A stretch of 26,455 bases of DNA from Gemmatimonadota bacterium (GTDB taxonomy: Bacteria > Gemmatimonadota > Gemmatimonadetes > Gemmatimonadales > GWC2-71-9): contig JBDHKN010000083.1 in the NCBI GenBank assembly GCA_039586365.1, positions 1 to 26,455 on the forward strand. The letters run 5' to 3'. Shown piece by piece: positions 1 through 8,811 of this stretch. Below the pieces are notes generated by a model, which made no database searches, was not told the origin of the DNA, and saw nothing but the letters and a program-made list of their open reading frames with translations. The position numbers and the translations under genes were made by a program. Positions within the stretch are counted from its first letter, which is position 1. Each line of letters begins with the position of its first letter.

Positions 1-2
1 TG

Positions 3-554
3 GTAACTGAGGGCTCAATGGTCTGCGCCATTCGGAGCTCCCGAGTGGGAACGTCTGAGCTCCTCAGGGAGGTCCGGGAGGCCATATGGTCGGTGAACGC
101 GAACCTCCCCCTGGGAAGCGTCAGGACGATGCCCGAACTAATGGAGCGCTCAATGGGCCGGACCTCCTTTAGCCTGGTCATGCTGGGGATCGCCGCCGCC
201 GTGGCCCTCATCCTGGGCGCCATCGGGATCTATGGGGTGATTGCCTACACCGTCACTCAGCGGACTCGAGAAATCGGGGTACGCATGGCCATGGGCGCCA
301 TGCAGGGTGAGGTGGCCCGCATGGTCCTCCGGCAAGGGATGGTCCTGGCAGGGGCCGGGATCACCTTAGGGTTGGCCGGTTCCTTCGGCCTAACCCGACT
401 CATGGAGGCCCTCCTCTTCGGTGTGTCCGCCACGGATCCGCTGACCTTCGGGGCCGTGTCGGTGGCGTTGGCTGCGGTGGCCCTAGCAGCCACCTATCTC
501 CCGGCCCGGAAGGCCGCACGCACCGATCCGATGGAGGCACTCCGATACGAGTGA
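3..554 (+). CDS. ABC-type permease, ADOP/MacB-FtsX family, C-terminal part (5' truncated by window edge)
   Basis: Frame is open from position 3. Contains FtsX-type motifs 'GIYGVIAYTVTQRTREIGVRMAMGA' and 'YLPARKAARTDPMEALRYE', matching the C-terminus of the ADOP at 21327-24056. Confidence 0.92.
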   Translation, partial: VTEGSMVCAIRSSRVGTSELLREVREAIWSVNANLPLGSVRTMPELMERSMGRTSFSLVMLGIAAAVALILGAIGIYGVIAYTVTQRTREIGVRMAMGAMQGEVARMVLRQGMVLAGAGITLGLAGSFGLTRLMEALLFGVSATDPLTFGAVSVALAAVALAATYLPARKAARTDPMEALRYE

Positions 555-661
555 GGGAAGGAAATCCCGACACCCCCACCGTCCTCGGTGCACGCAGGGC
601 GGGGGGACGAGTCGTTCGCCATCCTCGAGCGGACACCGAGGTGGGGTCCCAGAACCTCAAA

Positions 662-686
662 GACCGCCGTCGCCCAGACGGCGGTC
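662..686 (-). terminator. Probable intrinsic terminator of the iorAB-like operon
   Basis: Perfect 10-bp stem GACCGCCGTC(662-671)/GACGGCGGTC(677-686) with a 5-nt loop. It overlaps the TGA stop and is followed by TTT on the minus strand. Confidence 0.65.
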
Positions 687-2811
687 AGATTCGCTTGATC
701 TCCTCCAACACCCGCTCAGGCGTCATCGGGAGCCGATAAAGCCGGGCTCCGGTGGCGTCAAAGATCGCATTCGCTACCACCGCACCCATGTTGATGATCG
801 CGGGTTCGCCACCACCCTTGGGCGGTAGGTCGTCATGGGAAACGAACACCGTGTCGATCTGGGGCACCTGAGAGAACCGAGCCAGCTCGTAGGTGCCGAA
901 GTTGGTGTCCAAGATCTTCCCACCCTCGAAGCGGATCTCCTCGCTGAACACATAGCCCAGTCCCATCGCAATGCACCCTTCCATCTGCATGCGGGCACCA
1001 TCCGGGTTGACCACGACACCCATGTCCTGCACACAGACGACACGGTCTACCTTAACCCTGCCCGTCGCGGAGTCGACGGTGACGTCGGCGATGAGTGCCA
1101 CGTAGGTCTCTGCATCGATGCCGCAAGCCAAGCCGCGACCGCGACCGTTCCTGCTGGGAGCGACGGCTGGTTCCCAGCCGTATGCTTCGGCCACCTTGTG
1201 CAGCACGCTCAGCATGCGTTCGTCTTTCGTGTTGTTGAGGCGGAATTCGAGCGGGTCGATGCCCGCCGCCGCAGCCATGATATCGATCTGCTGTTCGGCT
1301 GCGAACCGGTTGCTGTTCGCTGCCGGCGCACGCCACGCCCCAACCGCGAACGGGTGCATGCCTTCCGGTGCCCCACCCCACTCGCCGTACACCCTGACGC
1401 TACGGTTCGGCACGTCGTAAAACACGTCAGAACCGCGCGAGCCAGCTCCGTACACCTGGTAGTCCCAGAGAACGATCTTCCCTTCCCCGTCGATTCCCGA
1501 GGCGACCTTCACCACGGCCGCCGGCCGGAAGGTGTCGTAGAAAAACTCCTCGGCCCTGGTCCAGCAGACCTGTACGGGCCTGCCGGTGAGTTGCGCGAGC
1601 CGGGCTGCCTCGACGGCCTGCTGCCCCGGCACCTTGCCGCCAAACCCGCCGCCGACGTAGGGAGTTATCACCCTGACGTCCTCGGGAGGGAGCCCGGTCT
1701 CTCGGGCAATCGTCGTCTGCTGAGAGAAGGGGGCCTGGGTGGAGGACCACACGGTGAGCTTCCCTTCACTCAGCTCGGCTAGGGCAGTGTGAGGTTCTAT
1801 CGGGGCGTGTGCCACATAACTGTTGTAGTAAGTGTATTCGAACGTGCGCGGAGACCTCTGCCGACCAACACTCAGATCGCCATCCTGCTCCGTTGTATTG
1901 GGACTGGGAGCCGCTGCAACCAGATGGTCGAAAATGCTCTCAGTGTCCACACCGGCCGCAGGCACGTCGAACTCGCTCTCGACGAGTGCCAGGGCTGTTT
2001 CCGCCGTCTCCGGATCGGATGCGAGCACAGCCAGCAACCCCTCCTGTTGCACCACAGTTACTCCAGGCACGGCTTCCGCCGCCGAGGTATCGACGCGCGT
2101 CATTGTAGCCCCGTGTGCCGGCGGCCGGAGCACCCGGGCATAGAGCATTCCGGGGAGGCGAATGTCGCCGGCGTACTTCGCCTGACCGGTCACCTTTTCG
2201 TACCCATCCAACCGTTGGGGAGAGCGGCCCATCACCGTGAACTCCTCGACTGACCTGAGGACAGCCTCCTGGTCCACGGTATGGGTTATGGCCTGGCCCC
2301 TAGCCAGCTCACCATACGACACCCGCCGGTTCCTGTCGGCTGCCACATACACCACACCATTGTCAACAACCAGGGATTCCCGCGGCACGCCGAGGCGCTC
2401 GGCGGCTAGATCTGTGAGGACCAGACGGGCCTGAGCGGCGGCTGCCCGGACAGCCGGCCCAAAGAACCGGGTGGTCATTGAGCCGAACGTGCCCCTGTCC
2501 CTCGGGCAGGTGTCCGTATCTCCCATGACGATGTGGATGGCGTCTAGGGTCACGCCCAGGTCCTCGGCCGCCATCTGGGAAAGCGACGTCATGACGCCCT
2601 GCCCCATCTCGATCTTGCCGGAGTAGAGGGTCACTTTCCCGTCTTCTGCGATGTGAAGGTACGCGTTGATGTCCTCGGGATAGCCACGCTGAAACGCCGG
2701 CGCTGCGCTCGAGTTGAAAATGGTCACGGGCCCGAGGTTAATGCAGACGACTATGCCGCCCCCCAGCAGCTTCACGAACTCACGTCGGTCCATTCTCGTA
2801 GCCTCACTCAT
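685..2811 (-). CDS. iorB: Xanthine dehydrogenase-family molybdopterin-binding subunit (isoquinoline 1-oxidoreductase beta-like) with Tat-like signal
   Basis: Motifs 'GKIEMGQG', 'KVTGQAKYAGD', 'HAPIEP', 'VGGGFGGK', 'QMEG', 'KGGGEPA', 'NAIFDATGARL'. Start moved to the ATG at 2811 (GGAGG SD, 8-nt overlap with the upstream stop). N-terminus 'MDRREFVK' is a twin-arginine motif. Substrate cannot be inferred. Confidence 0.9.
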   Translation of the reverse strand: MSEATRMDRREFVKLLGGGIVVCINLGPVTIFNSSAAPAFQRGYPEDINAYLHIAEDGKVTLYSGKIEMGQGVMTSLSQMAAEDLGVTLDAIHIVMGDTDTCPRDRGTFGSMTTRFFGPAVRAAAAQARLVLTDLAAERLGVPRESLVVDNGVVYVAADRNRRVSYGELARGQAITHTVDQEAVLRSVEEFTVMGRSPQRLDGYEKVTGQAKYAGDIRLPGMLYARVLRPPAHGATMTRVDTSAAEAVPGVTVVQQEGLLAVLASDPETAETALALVESEFDVPAAGVDTESIFDHLVAAAPSPNTTEQDGDLSVGRQRSPRTFEYTYYNSYVAHAPIEPHTALAELSEGKLTVWSSTQAPFSQQTTIARETGLPPEDVRVITPYVGGGFGGKVPGQQAVEAARLAQLTGRPVQVCWTRAEEFFYDTFRPAAVVKVASGIDGEGKIVLWDYQVYGAGSRGSDVFYDVPNRSVRVYGEWGGAPEGMHPFAVGAWRAPAANSNRFAAEQQIDIMAAAAGIDPLEFRLNNTKDERMLSVLHKVAEAYGWEPAVAPSRNGRGRGLACGIDAETYVALIADVTVDSATGRVKVDRVVCVQDMGVVVNPDGARMQMEGCIAMGLGYVFSEEIRFEGGKILDTNFGTYELARFSQVPQIDTVFVSHDDLPPKGGGEPAIINMGAVVANAIFDATGARLYRLPMTPERVLEEIKRI

Positions 2812-3283
2812 GGCTGCCTCCGTTCTGCCCGGCAGCCGTCGCAACCGCTTCGATGATCCTCTTGTAAGCTGAGCAGCGGCAGAGATTGGACTCCATACCC
2901 TGTACGATCTCATCCCGCGTGGGCTGGGGGGTCCGCAGCAACAGACCGTAGGCATTCATGATCATTCCCGGTGTGCAGTAGCCACATTGGTAGCCACCCT
3001 GTTGAAGGAACGCCTGCTGCAGCGGATGGAGCTGCCCGTCTCGCGCGAACCCCTCGATCGTCATCACGTCTTTACCCTGCACCGACTCGAGGCTTGTCAT
3101 ACAGGATCGCACCACCTGGCCATCCACGATCACGGTGCACGACCCGCACATGCCTACCCCGCAGCCATACCTCGTGCCTGTAAGCTCCAGGTCGGTACGC
3201 AGGACCCAGAGCAGGGTCCGCTTGGGCTCGGTCTCCAGTGTCACCGTCTCGCCATTCAGGCTAAAACGGATAGTCTCCTTCAT
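2804..3283 (-). CDS. iorA: 2x[2Fe-2S] small subunit of a molybdenum hydroxylase (IorA/CoxS family)
   Basis: Motifs 'YGCGVGMCGSCTV...RSC', 'QCGYCTPG' and 'NLCRC'; GGAGG SD; coupled to the Mo subunit. Confidence 0.93.
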   Translation of the reverse strand: MKETIRFSLNGETVTLETEPKRTLLWVLRTDLELTGTRYGCGVGMCGSCTVIVDGQVVRSCMTSLESVQGKDVMTIEGFARDGQLHPLQQAFLQQGGYQCGYCTPGMIMNAYGLLLRTPQPTRDEIVQGMESNLCRCSAYKRIIEAVATAAGQNGGSHE

Positions 3284-3392
3284 CTGTCCTCCAGTCTCTG
3301 GTCAGCCCCCAGGGTCATGGCAGCTTGGTACTTCTCCCAGGCCGAGTTGGTTGCAGTGTACTGATGGCGGGGATTACGGTTTGATCTGATGT

Positions 3393-3424
3393 GATAGAAA
3401 GGAGCGAGTGGCCGGGGTTGTCAA
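3393..3424 (-). promoter_or_regulatory. Possible sigma70-type promoter of iorAB
   Basis: Perfect TTGACA on the minus strand (3424-3419), followed after 18 nt by AT-rich TTTCTATC. The -10 match is poor. Confidence 0.3.
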
Positions 3425-3567
3425 GCCCAGGAAAGTGGCCGGCGAGTCCGGACGCAGCGTTCCACCAGACGATCGCTGACCAGCCGCCCCGGCACCACGA
3501 AGCAGCCCCCAGCGCCGGAGCGCCCGGTGCTCATAGCCGCCCGCGGTTGACCTGGGGACCCACGACC

Positions 3568-3595
3568 AGAGGGCCACATTCGGCTGTGGCCCTCT
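3568..3595. terminator. Stem-loop downstream of the tricorn gene (terminator or REP-like)
   Basis: AGAGGGCCACA-ttcggc-TGTGGCCCTCT, a perfect 11-bp stem with no U-tract. Confidence 0.5.
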
Positions 3596-3642
3596 CCAGG
3601 GTTCCTGGGATGAGTGGCGGTGTTGGGTGTCGCTACGCTGCC

Positions 3643-6600
3643 TCAGCCCCCAGAACGGTTCGGCCGCCGCCACCTGATCGGGGCAGGCGGCTCCGGCTTG
3701 AGCTCGACTGCCTCTGTCGTTAGGAGGCGGAGGGCCTCTTGCACGGCAGCCTCCAACTGTGGATCACCACCTTCGATGACGGGCCTGGGGTCGTTGCGGA
3801 TCTCGATGTCCGGAGCCACGCCTTCAGCCTCAACGGCCCATTCACCATTCACGTCGAAGAACCCGCCGCGCGGCGCCACGAATCTACCGCCGTCAACGAG
3901 GGGTGGCGTGTCCCACGTGCCAACCAGACCGCCCCAGGTCTTTGCACCCACCAGGGGGCCGATCCCCTTGAAGCGGAACAGGTAGGGTAGCAGGTCGCCA
4001 CCGGACCCAGCCCGTTCATTGATGACCATCACCTTGGGACCCCACAGACCGGCCATGGGCTGGGTGAACGGCTTGCGGTCCCCCGCCCTGGAGTTGAAAT
4101 AACCAGTCAACGTGCGGCCCATTACTTCCACGAAGTAATCTGCCGCTGAGCCGCCTCCGTTGTTGCGCTCGTCGATCACAGCTCCCTGTTTGTCCTGCTG
4201 GGCAAAGTACATACGGTTGAAGTACGTGTACCCGCCCCTTCCAGTGTTGGGCAGCCAGACATAGGCAAGACGTCCATCGCTCATTTCGGAGACCTTCTGT
4301 CGGTTGCGCTCCACCCACGCCCAGGTTCTCAGTTGGTTCTCACTCGAGATGGGTTCGACGACGACTTCCCGGGCACCTTCTAAGGATGGTTGGCTGTTCA
4401 CCGACACCGTGATGGTCCGTCCCACCGTCCCCTCTAGCAGCATGAACGGGTTCGTGGGGGCTCGCAGCTCGCGGCCATCAATGGCGACCAGGTAGTCACC
4501 CTCGTTTGCACCCATACCAGGCACGGCGAGGGGACCTTGCAGGTTGGGGGTCCAGTCCTCCCCGGAATAGATGCGGGCAATGCGGTAGAATCCGTCCACA
4601 TCCTCGAGGTCCACGCCGAGCAATCCGGTCTGCGGATTCATCAGATCGGGGTAGTCACCACCCCGCACGTAGGAGTGTCCTACCGCTACCTCTCCCGAGA
4701 TCATGTCCAAGAGGTGGTTGAAGTCGGAGCGGTGATTCACACCCTCCAGCCAAGGGCTGTACCACTGCCACACCTCGTCCCAGGGAGCACCGTGAACATT
4801 GTCCACGTAGAGGAAGTCGCGCATGAACCGCCATCCGTCGCGCAGCATTTGAGCCCACTCGGCCCGAGGTTCCACCAAGATGCGCATGCCGTCCAACGAG
4901 ATGCGCCCCTCACTGTCTCTGGGAGGGGCACCACCAGCGTTCACCATGGTCCAGTTGTCTCCCGACCGGTACAAGAGCTTCTTTCGGTCGTGGGAGACGG
5001 TGGCCGCTAGCACGTTTTCCAGGAACGTCTCCGACTCCTCGTCTTCCAGCGTGTAGCGTTGCAGGGTGAAGCCTCGTTGGTTCGGGACTGCCTCCGCAAC
5101 GAACACGCGGCCCTCGGGACCTTCCAACAGATCCAGGTAATCCCGCAGCGGCAGGTTGGGCGCATCTACTATGCGTCCGGCAATGCCGTCGAAGTCAATC
5201 GTTACTTCAGGCACCTCCACGGAGTCACTCTGTGATCCGCGAGCAGATCGCCCACCGCCCGACTCCTCCTCTGCTTCCTCGTCTTGCTCCTGTTCGACCT
5301 CCTCATCGCTTTTGGGCAGGAAGGGCGAGGCTTCCCCCTCTTGCAACAAAGCCACATATAGCGCCCGTGTCACCGGCCGGTCGTAAGACGTCATGTCCAA
5401 CCATCCGGTGTTGAGCCCGTAGTCGGTAGAAGCGAGGAAGTAGAGGTATTTCCCGGAAGCGTCCCACACCGGACTGATAGCATCGGCCATCCCGTCAGTA
5501 AGTTGGCGGGTCGCCCTGCTCCGGGTATCGTGCACGAAGATCGCTCTCAGCATGTTGTCCAAACGGCGCGAGTAGGCAATCCATCGCGAGTCCGGGGACC
5601 ACACCGGATTCATGGTCCGTTGCGGGTGGGCGTAGCGGTCCGTGTCCACGTGAGTGAGTTGGCCCGAGGTCAGATCGACGATCAACACACGATAGTCGGT
5701 GTCGGTGAAGGCCAGTCGAGCGCCGTCCGGGGACCAAGTGGGTACGAAGTAGAAAGTGGGATCGGGTATGTCGATGCGCCTGGCGTTGCCGCCGTCCTGG
5801 TCAGCCACGATCAGGCCATACTCACCGCCAGCGTCGTTGAACCACGCGATTCTGTCGCCGTCAGGAGACCACACCGCATGGCGGTCGGCCACTCCGGGGC
5901 TGCGAGTGATGTTACGCCAACTACCGTTTTCCGCCGGCAAGGTGAAGAGGTCGCCGCGGTATTCGAACAGGGCTCTCTTCCCCGTCGGGGACAGGCGAGC
6001 ATCCCTGAGTCCGTTGGCCGGCACTTCCTCCCAGCGTGCCCGAGCCCAATTGAGATCCCTCGCCACGCGAATTTCCAGTTGGCGAGTCGCTCCAGTGGTC
6101 GGGTTTAGCTCGTGGAGATATCCTCCCTGCTCGTACACTACCACACCAAACCCCGCGCCGAGGCTCTTCACGTCGAAGTCGTCATGGAAAGTGCGTTGCC
6201 GCTCGTCGCCGGTCTGGGGATTCCAGGACCAGACATTGCTTGCCCAGTCCCGCTCCGACATGTAGTAGACGACTCCATCCAACCACACCGGAGCCATCTG
6301 CCGCTCACCCTCCCACGGGGGCGTTACCTTATCCCAGTTGCCAGTGGAAACGACGCTCACGGGTTGGGCCTGACCACCGCGATAGTTGCGCCATTCAGGA
6401 TCCCAATACCCGATCTCCTGGTAGGCGAGCCAGGCACCATCGGCACTCATCTCCCCGTGGTAGGCCTGGGGCACTGCGAGCGGGCGCGGGAAGCCACCTG
6501 CGATACCAACCGTGTAGAAGCGCCATAACCGCGTGGGCTGCCCATCCCTGCCGGAGCGAAACAGGATGTCGCCATCGGGTGTCCATCCCTGCACCACGTC

Positions 6601-6957
6601 TTCTCCCGGGTGCCACGTCAACCGCTTGGGCTCTCCGCCACGCGCAGGGATCACGAATACATCCGTGTCCCCAGCGTACTGGCCGGTGAAGGCGATCCAC
6701 CGTCCGTCCGGAGAGAAGACCGGATCAGTCTCCGCACCCTCTCCGCTAGTGAGTCTGATAGCATCGCCCCCGTCTCGTCCCACCAACCAGATGTCATTGG
6801 CGTGCACGAACACGATGTCGTTGGGACCCACATCGGGATCTCTGAGGAGACGAGTGCCTTGGGCCTCCAACTGCCGAGGAGCCCCACAGAGCAGGACCAG
6901 AGCCTGCACCGCGAGGAGCGTGACAGCCCAGTATTGACAAGAATGTCGAAAGTGCAT
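3643..6957 (-). CDS. Tricorn protease homolog (peptidase S41) with signal peptide
   Basis: N-terminal hydrophobic signal; PD40-like propeller repeats ('PVFSPDGRWIAF', 'WSPDG'); PDZ-like region; catalytic-domain motifs 'IDERNNGGG', 'INERAGSGGD', 'GAKTWGG', 'EAEGVAPDI'; AGGAG SD. Confidence 0.95.
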   Translation of the reverse strand: MHFRHSCQYWAVTLLAVQALVLLCGAPRQLEAQGTRLLRDPDVGPNDIVFVHANDIWLVGRDGGDAIRLTSGEGAETDPVFSPDGRWIAFTGQYAGDTDVFVIPARGGEPKRLTWHPGEDVVQGWTPDGDILFRSGRDGQPTRLWRFYTVGIAGGFPRPLAVPQAYHGEMSADGAWLAYQEIGYWDPEWRNYRGGQAQPVSVVSTGNWDKVTPPWEGERQMAPVWLDGVVYYMSERDWASNVWSWNPQTGDERQRTFHDDFDVKSLGAGFGVVVYEQGGYLHELNPTTGATRQLEIRVARDLNWARARWEEVPANGLRDARLSPTGKRALFEYRGDLFTLPAENGSWRNITRSPGVADRHAVWSPDGDRIAWFNDAGGEYGLIVADQDGGNARRIDIPDPTFYFVPTWSPDGARLAFTDTDYRVLIVDLTSGQLTHVDTDRYAHPQRTMNPVWSPDSRWIAYSRRLDNMLRAIFVHDTRSRATRQLTDGMADAISPVWDASGKYLYFLASTDYGLNTGWLDMTSYDRPVTRALYVALLQEGEASPFLPKSDEEVEQEQDEEAEEESGGGRSARGSQSDSVEVPEVTIDFDGIAGRIVDAPNLPLRDYLDLLEGPEGRVFVAEAVPNQRGFTLQRYTLEDEESETFLENVLAATVSHDRKKLLYRSGDNWTMVNAGGAPPRDSEGRISLDGMRILVEPRAEWAQMLRDGWRFMRDFLYVDNVHGAPWDEVWQWYSPWLEGVNHRSDFNHLLDMISGEVAVGHSYVRGGDYPDLMNPQTGLLGVDLEDVDGFYRIARIYSGEDWTPNLQGPLAVPGMGANEGDYLVAIDGRELRAPTNPFMLLEGTVGRTITVSVNSQPSLEGAREVVVEPISSENQLRTWAWVERNRQKVSEMSDGRLAYVWLPNTGRGGYTYFNRMYFAQQDKQGAVIDERNNGGGSAADYFVEVMGRTLTGYFNSRAGDRKPFTQPMAGLWGPKVMVINERAGSGGDLLPYLFRFKGIGPLVGAKTWGGLVGTWDTPPLVDGGRFVAPRGGFFDVNGEWAVEAEGVAPDIEIRNDPRPVIEGGDPQLEAAVQEALRLLTTEAVELKPEPPAPIRWRRPNRSGG

Positions 6958-6980
6958 GGTTCAATTCTCCTGAAGCGGCG

Positions 6981-7012
6981 ACGATTGACGAACTACGATT
7001 GACGATTGACGA
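6981..7012. repeat. Tandem heptamer repeat (ACGATTG), about 4.5 copies
   Basis: ACGATTG ACGAACT ACGATTG ACGATTG ACGA read directly from the sequence. Confidence 0.85.
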
Positions 7013-7291
7013 GGTGGACGTATCCGATCCAATCCAAGGCGATATGGCAGTCGACTCTGAGCCATGGTCCAGGGTTTTCCCTTGGGGTAACGTGACTGAT
7101 TCGACCTAAGGACGCCAGGTGTCGGTGGCCGCTACGCATTGGCGGAGGGATTGATATCCATAACCCGAAGCCCTTACGTTCCACCCGGCTCGCCGACCGT
7201 TTCAACCATAGTGCGAGGTTGGATTAGGTCATTCTTGACCACGGCGCTGTGTGCGCCCTGGATCCTACTCACAATACAGCCCTACTGAGTA

Positions 7292-8788
7292 TTGGAACCC
7301 GGACTCGAGCGTAGACTTGTCACCGCAGCGCTGGTGTTGGGCATGTTCCTCGCCGCACTAGAAGCGACAGCCGTGGGTACGGCCATGCCCACCGTGGTTT
7401 CCGAACTCGGCGGAATGTCCCGCTACAGCTGGGTCTTTTCGGCCTATCTACTCGCCTCCACCACTACCGTACCGCTGTATGGCAAGCTGGCGGATTTGTT
7501 TGGCCGGCGTCGCATCTACACGGTGGGAGTCTCGCTGTTCCTCCTGGGTGCTGCTCTATCGGGAACAGCGACCTCGCCGGGGCAGCTCATTGCCTACCGG
7601 GCACTGCAGGGTCTCGGGGCTGGCGGCGTCATGCCCGTGTCGGTGACGCTGATCGCCGACATCTACACCCTGCAAGAACGGGGACGGATGCAGGGCCTGT
7701 TCTCTGGCGTCTGGGCGGTGTCGAGCCTCGTCGGGCCAGCAGCTGGAGGACTCATCACCGACCTGCTGTCGTGGCGCTGGGTGTTCTACATCAACATTCC
7801 GTTCGGCCTAGCTTCCGTCGCGATGCTGCGGCTCTTCTTGAAGGAAGAGGCCGCCCGGCGCGAACATCGGCTCGACATCGTCGGGACGCTGAGTCTGACC
7901 CTGGCCATAGCAGTGCTCCTTCTCGCGCTGCTCGAGGGCACTGAGCTTTGGGGTTGGCTCGACGCACGCACGCTCGGGATGGTCGGCCTGGCCGGCATAG
8001 GCCTCATGACCTTCCTGTGGCAGGAACGTCGCGCACCAGAACCCATGCTGCCGCTGGATCTGTTTCGCAACCCGGTAATCGCCGTCTCGAGCCTGGGCAG
8101 CGTCATCCTGGGCACCATCCTGTTCTGCGCGGCGGCATTCGTACCGATGTTCACCCAGGGCGTGTTGGGTGGCACGGCGATCGATGCCGGGATGACACTC
8201 GCTCCCATGTCCATTGGCTGGCCCATCGCGAGCACGACAGCCGGCTGGCTGTTGATTCGGTTCGGCTATCGCCCGTTCTCGATTGCTGGGGCGGCTATCG
8301 GAGTTTTGGGCTGCCTGCTGCTGTCCGCTGCGAATCCCGCGTCGGGCCGGGGCGCGGTAATGCTGGCGATGCTATTCGTTGGGATGGGCCTGGGATTCAT
8401 GTCCACACCCTACCTGCTGGCCGTGCAGAACGCTGTCCCCAGAGCCCAACGCGGAGTGGCGACGAGTTCAGTCCAGTTCTTCCGAACCATCGGTGGCGCA
8501 ATCGCGGTGGCGACACTGGGCGCCGTCCTCAATGCACACCTCGCTGCGAGGCTCGGCTCCGGCATCGACGCCAACCTTGCACTCAACCCCGAGTTGCGCA
8601 CTCAGATCCCGCCGGAAGTGCTCCAGGAGTTGGTGAACGCGCTTGATGGCGGACTCACCACGGTGTATCTGGCCATGGCGGGAATGGCATTCCTGGCACT
8701 GTTCGTCGCGCTAGCGTTCCCCAAGGGCACCGCCGAGTTCCACGCCCACGCCGAAGCCAGGGCCGGGCCAGCGCGGGTGAGCGGGTGA
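7292..8788 (+). CDS. MFS drug:H+ antiporter, DHA2 (EmrB/QacA-like, 14 TMS)
   Basis: 'FLAALEATAVGTAMPTV', motif A 'GKLADLFGRRR', 'GPAAGGLITDLLSWRWVFYINIP', 'ERRAPEPMLPLDLF'. The TTG start lacks a clear SD, so the start is uncertain. Confidence 0.93.
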   Translation: MEPGLERRLVTAALVLGMFLAALEATAVGTAMPTVVSELGGMSRYSWVFSAYLLASTTTVPLYGKLADLFGRRRIYTVGVSLFLLGAALSGTATSPGQLIAYRALQGLGAGGVMPVSVTLIADIYTLQERGRMQGLFSGVWAVSSLVGPAAGGLITDLLSWRWVFYINIPFGLASVAMLRLFLKEEAARREHRLDIVGTLSLTLAIAVLLLALLEGTELWGWLDARTLGMVGLAGIGLMTFLWQERRAPEPMLPLDLFRNPVIAVSSLGSVILGTILFCAAAFVPMFTQGVLGGTAIDAGMTLAPMSIGWPIASTTAGWLLIRFGYRPFSIAGAAIGVLGCLLLSAANPASGRGAVMLAMLFVGMGLGFMSTPYLLAVQNAVPRAQRGVATSSVQFFRTIGGAIAVATLGAVLNAHLAARLGSGIDANLALNPELRTQIPPEVLQELVNALDGGLTTVYLAMAGMAFLALFVALAFPKGTAEFHAHAEARAGPARVSG

Positions 8789-8811
8789 ACCCTCCTCGCG
8801 ATGTTTGTGAG

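Noticed and set aside
2812..2955. N-terminal extensions given by the ORF track (also 13479-13661, 15347-15436, 16101-16151, 17750-17890, 26335-26364)
   Set aside because: Downstream starts have SD sequences and place signal peptides or domain starts near the N-terminus; some extensions overlap other features.
3284..3642. Moco riboswitch upstream of the molybdoenzyme operon
   Set aside because: I could not find the conserved elements by eye; an Infernal/Rfam scan would settle it.
6981..7012. CRISPR or iteron interpretation of the short repeats
   Set aside because: Units are 7 nt with no spacers, and there are no cas or rep genes.
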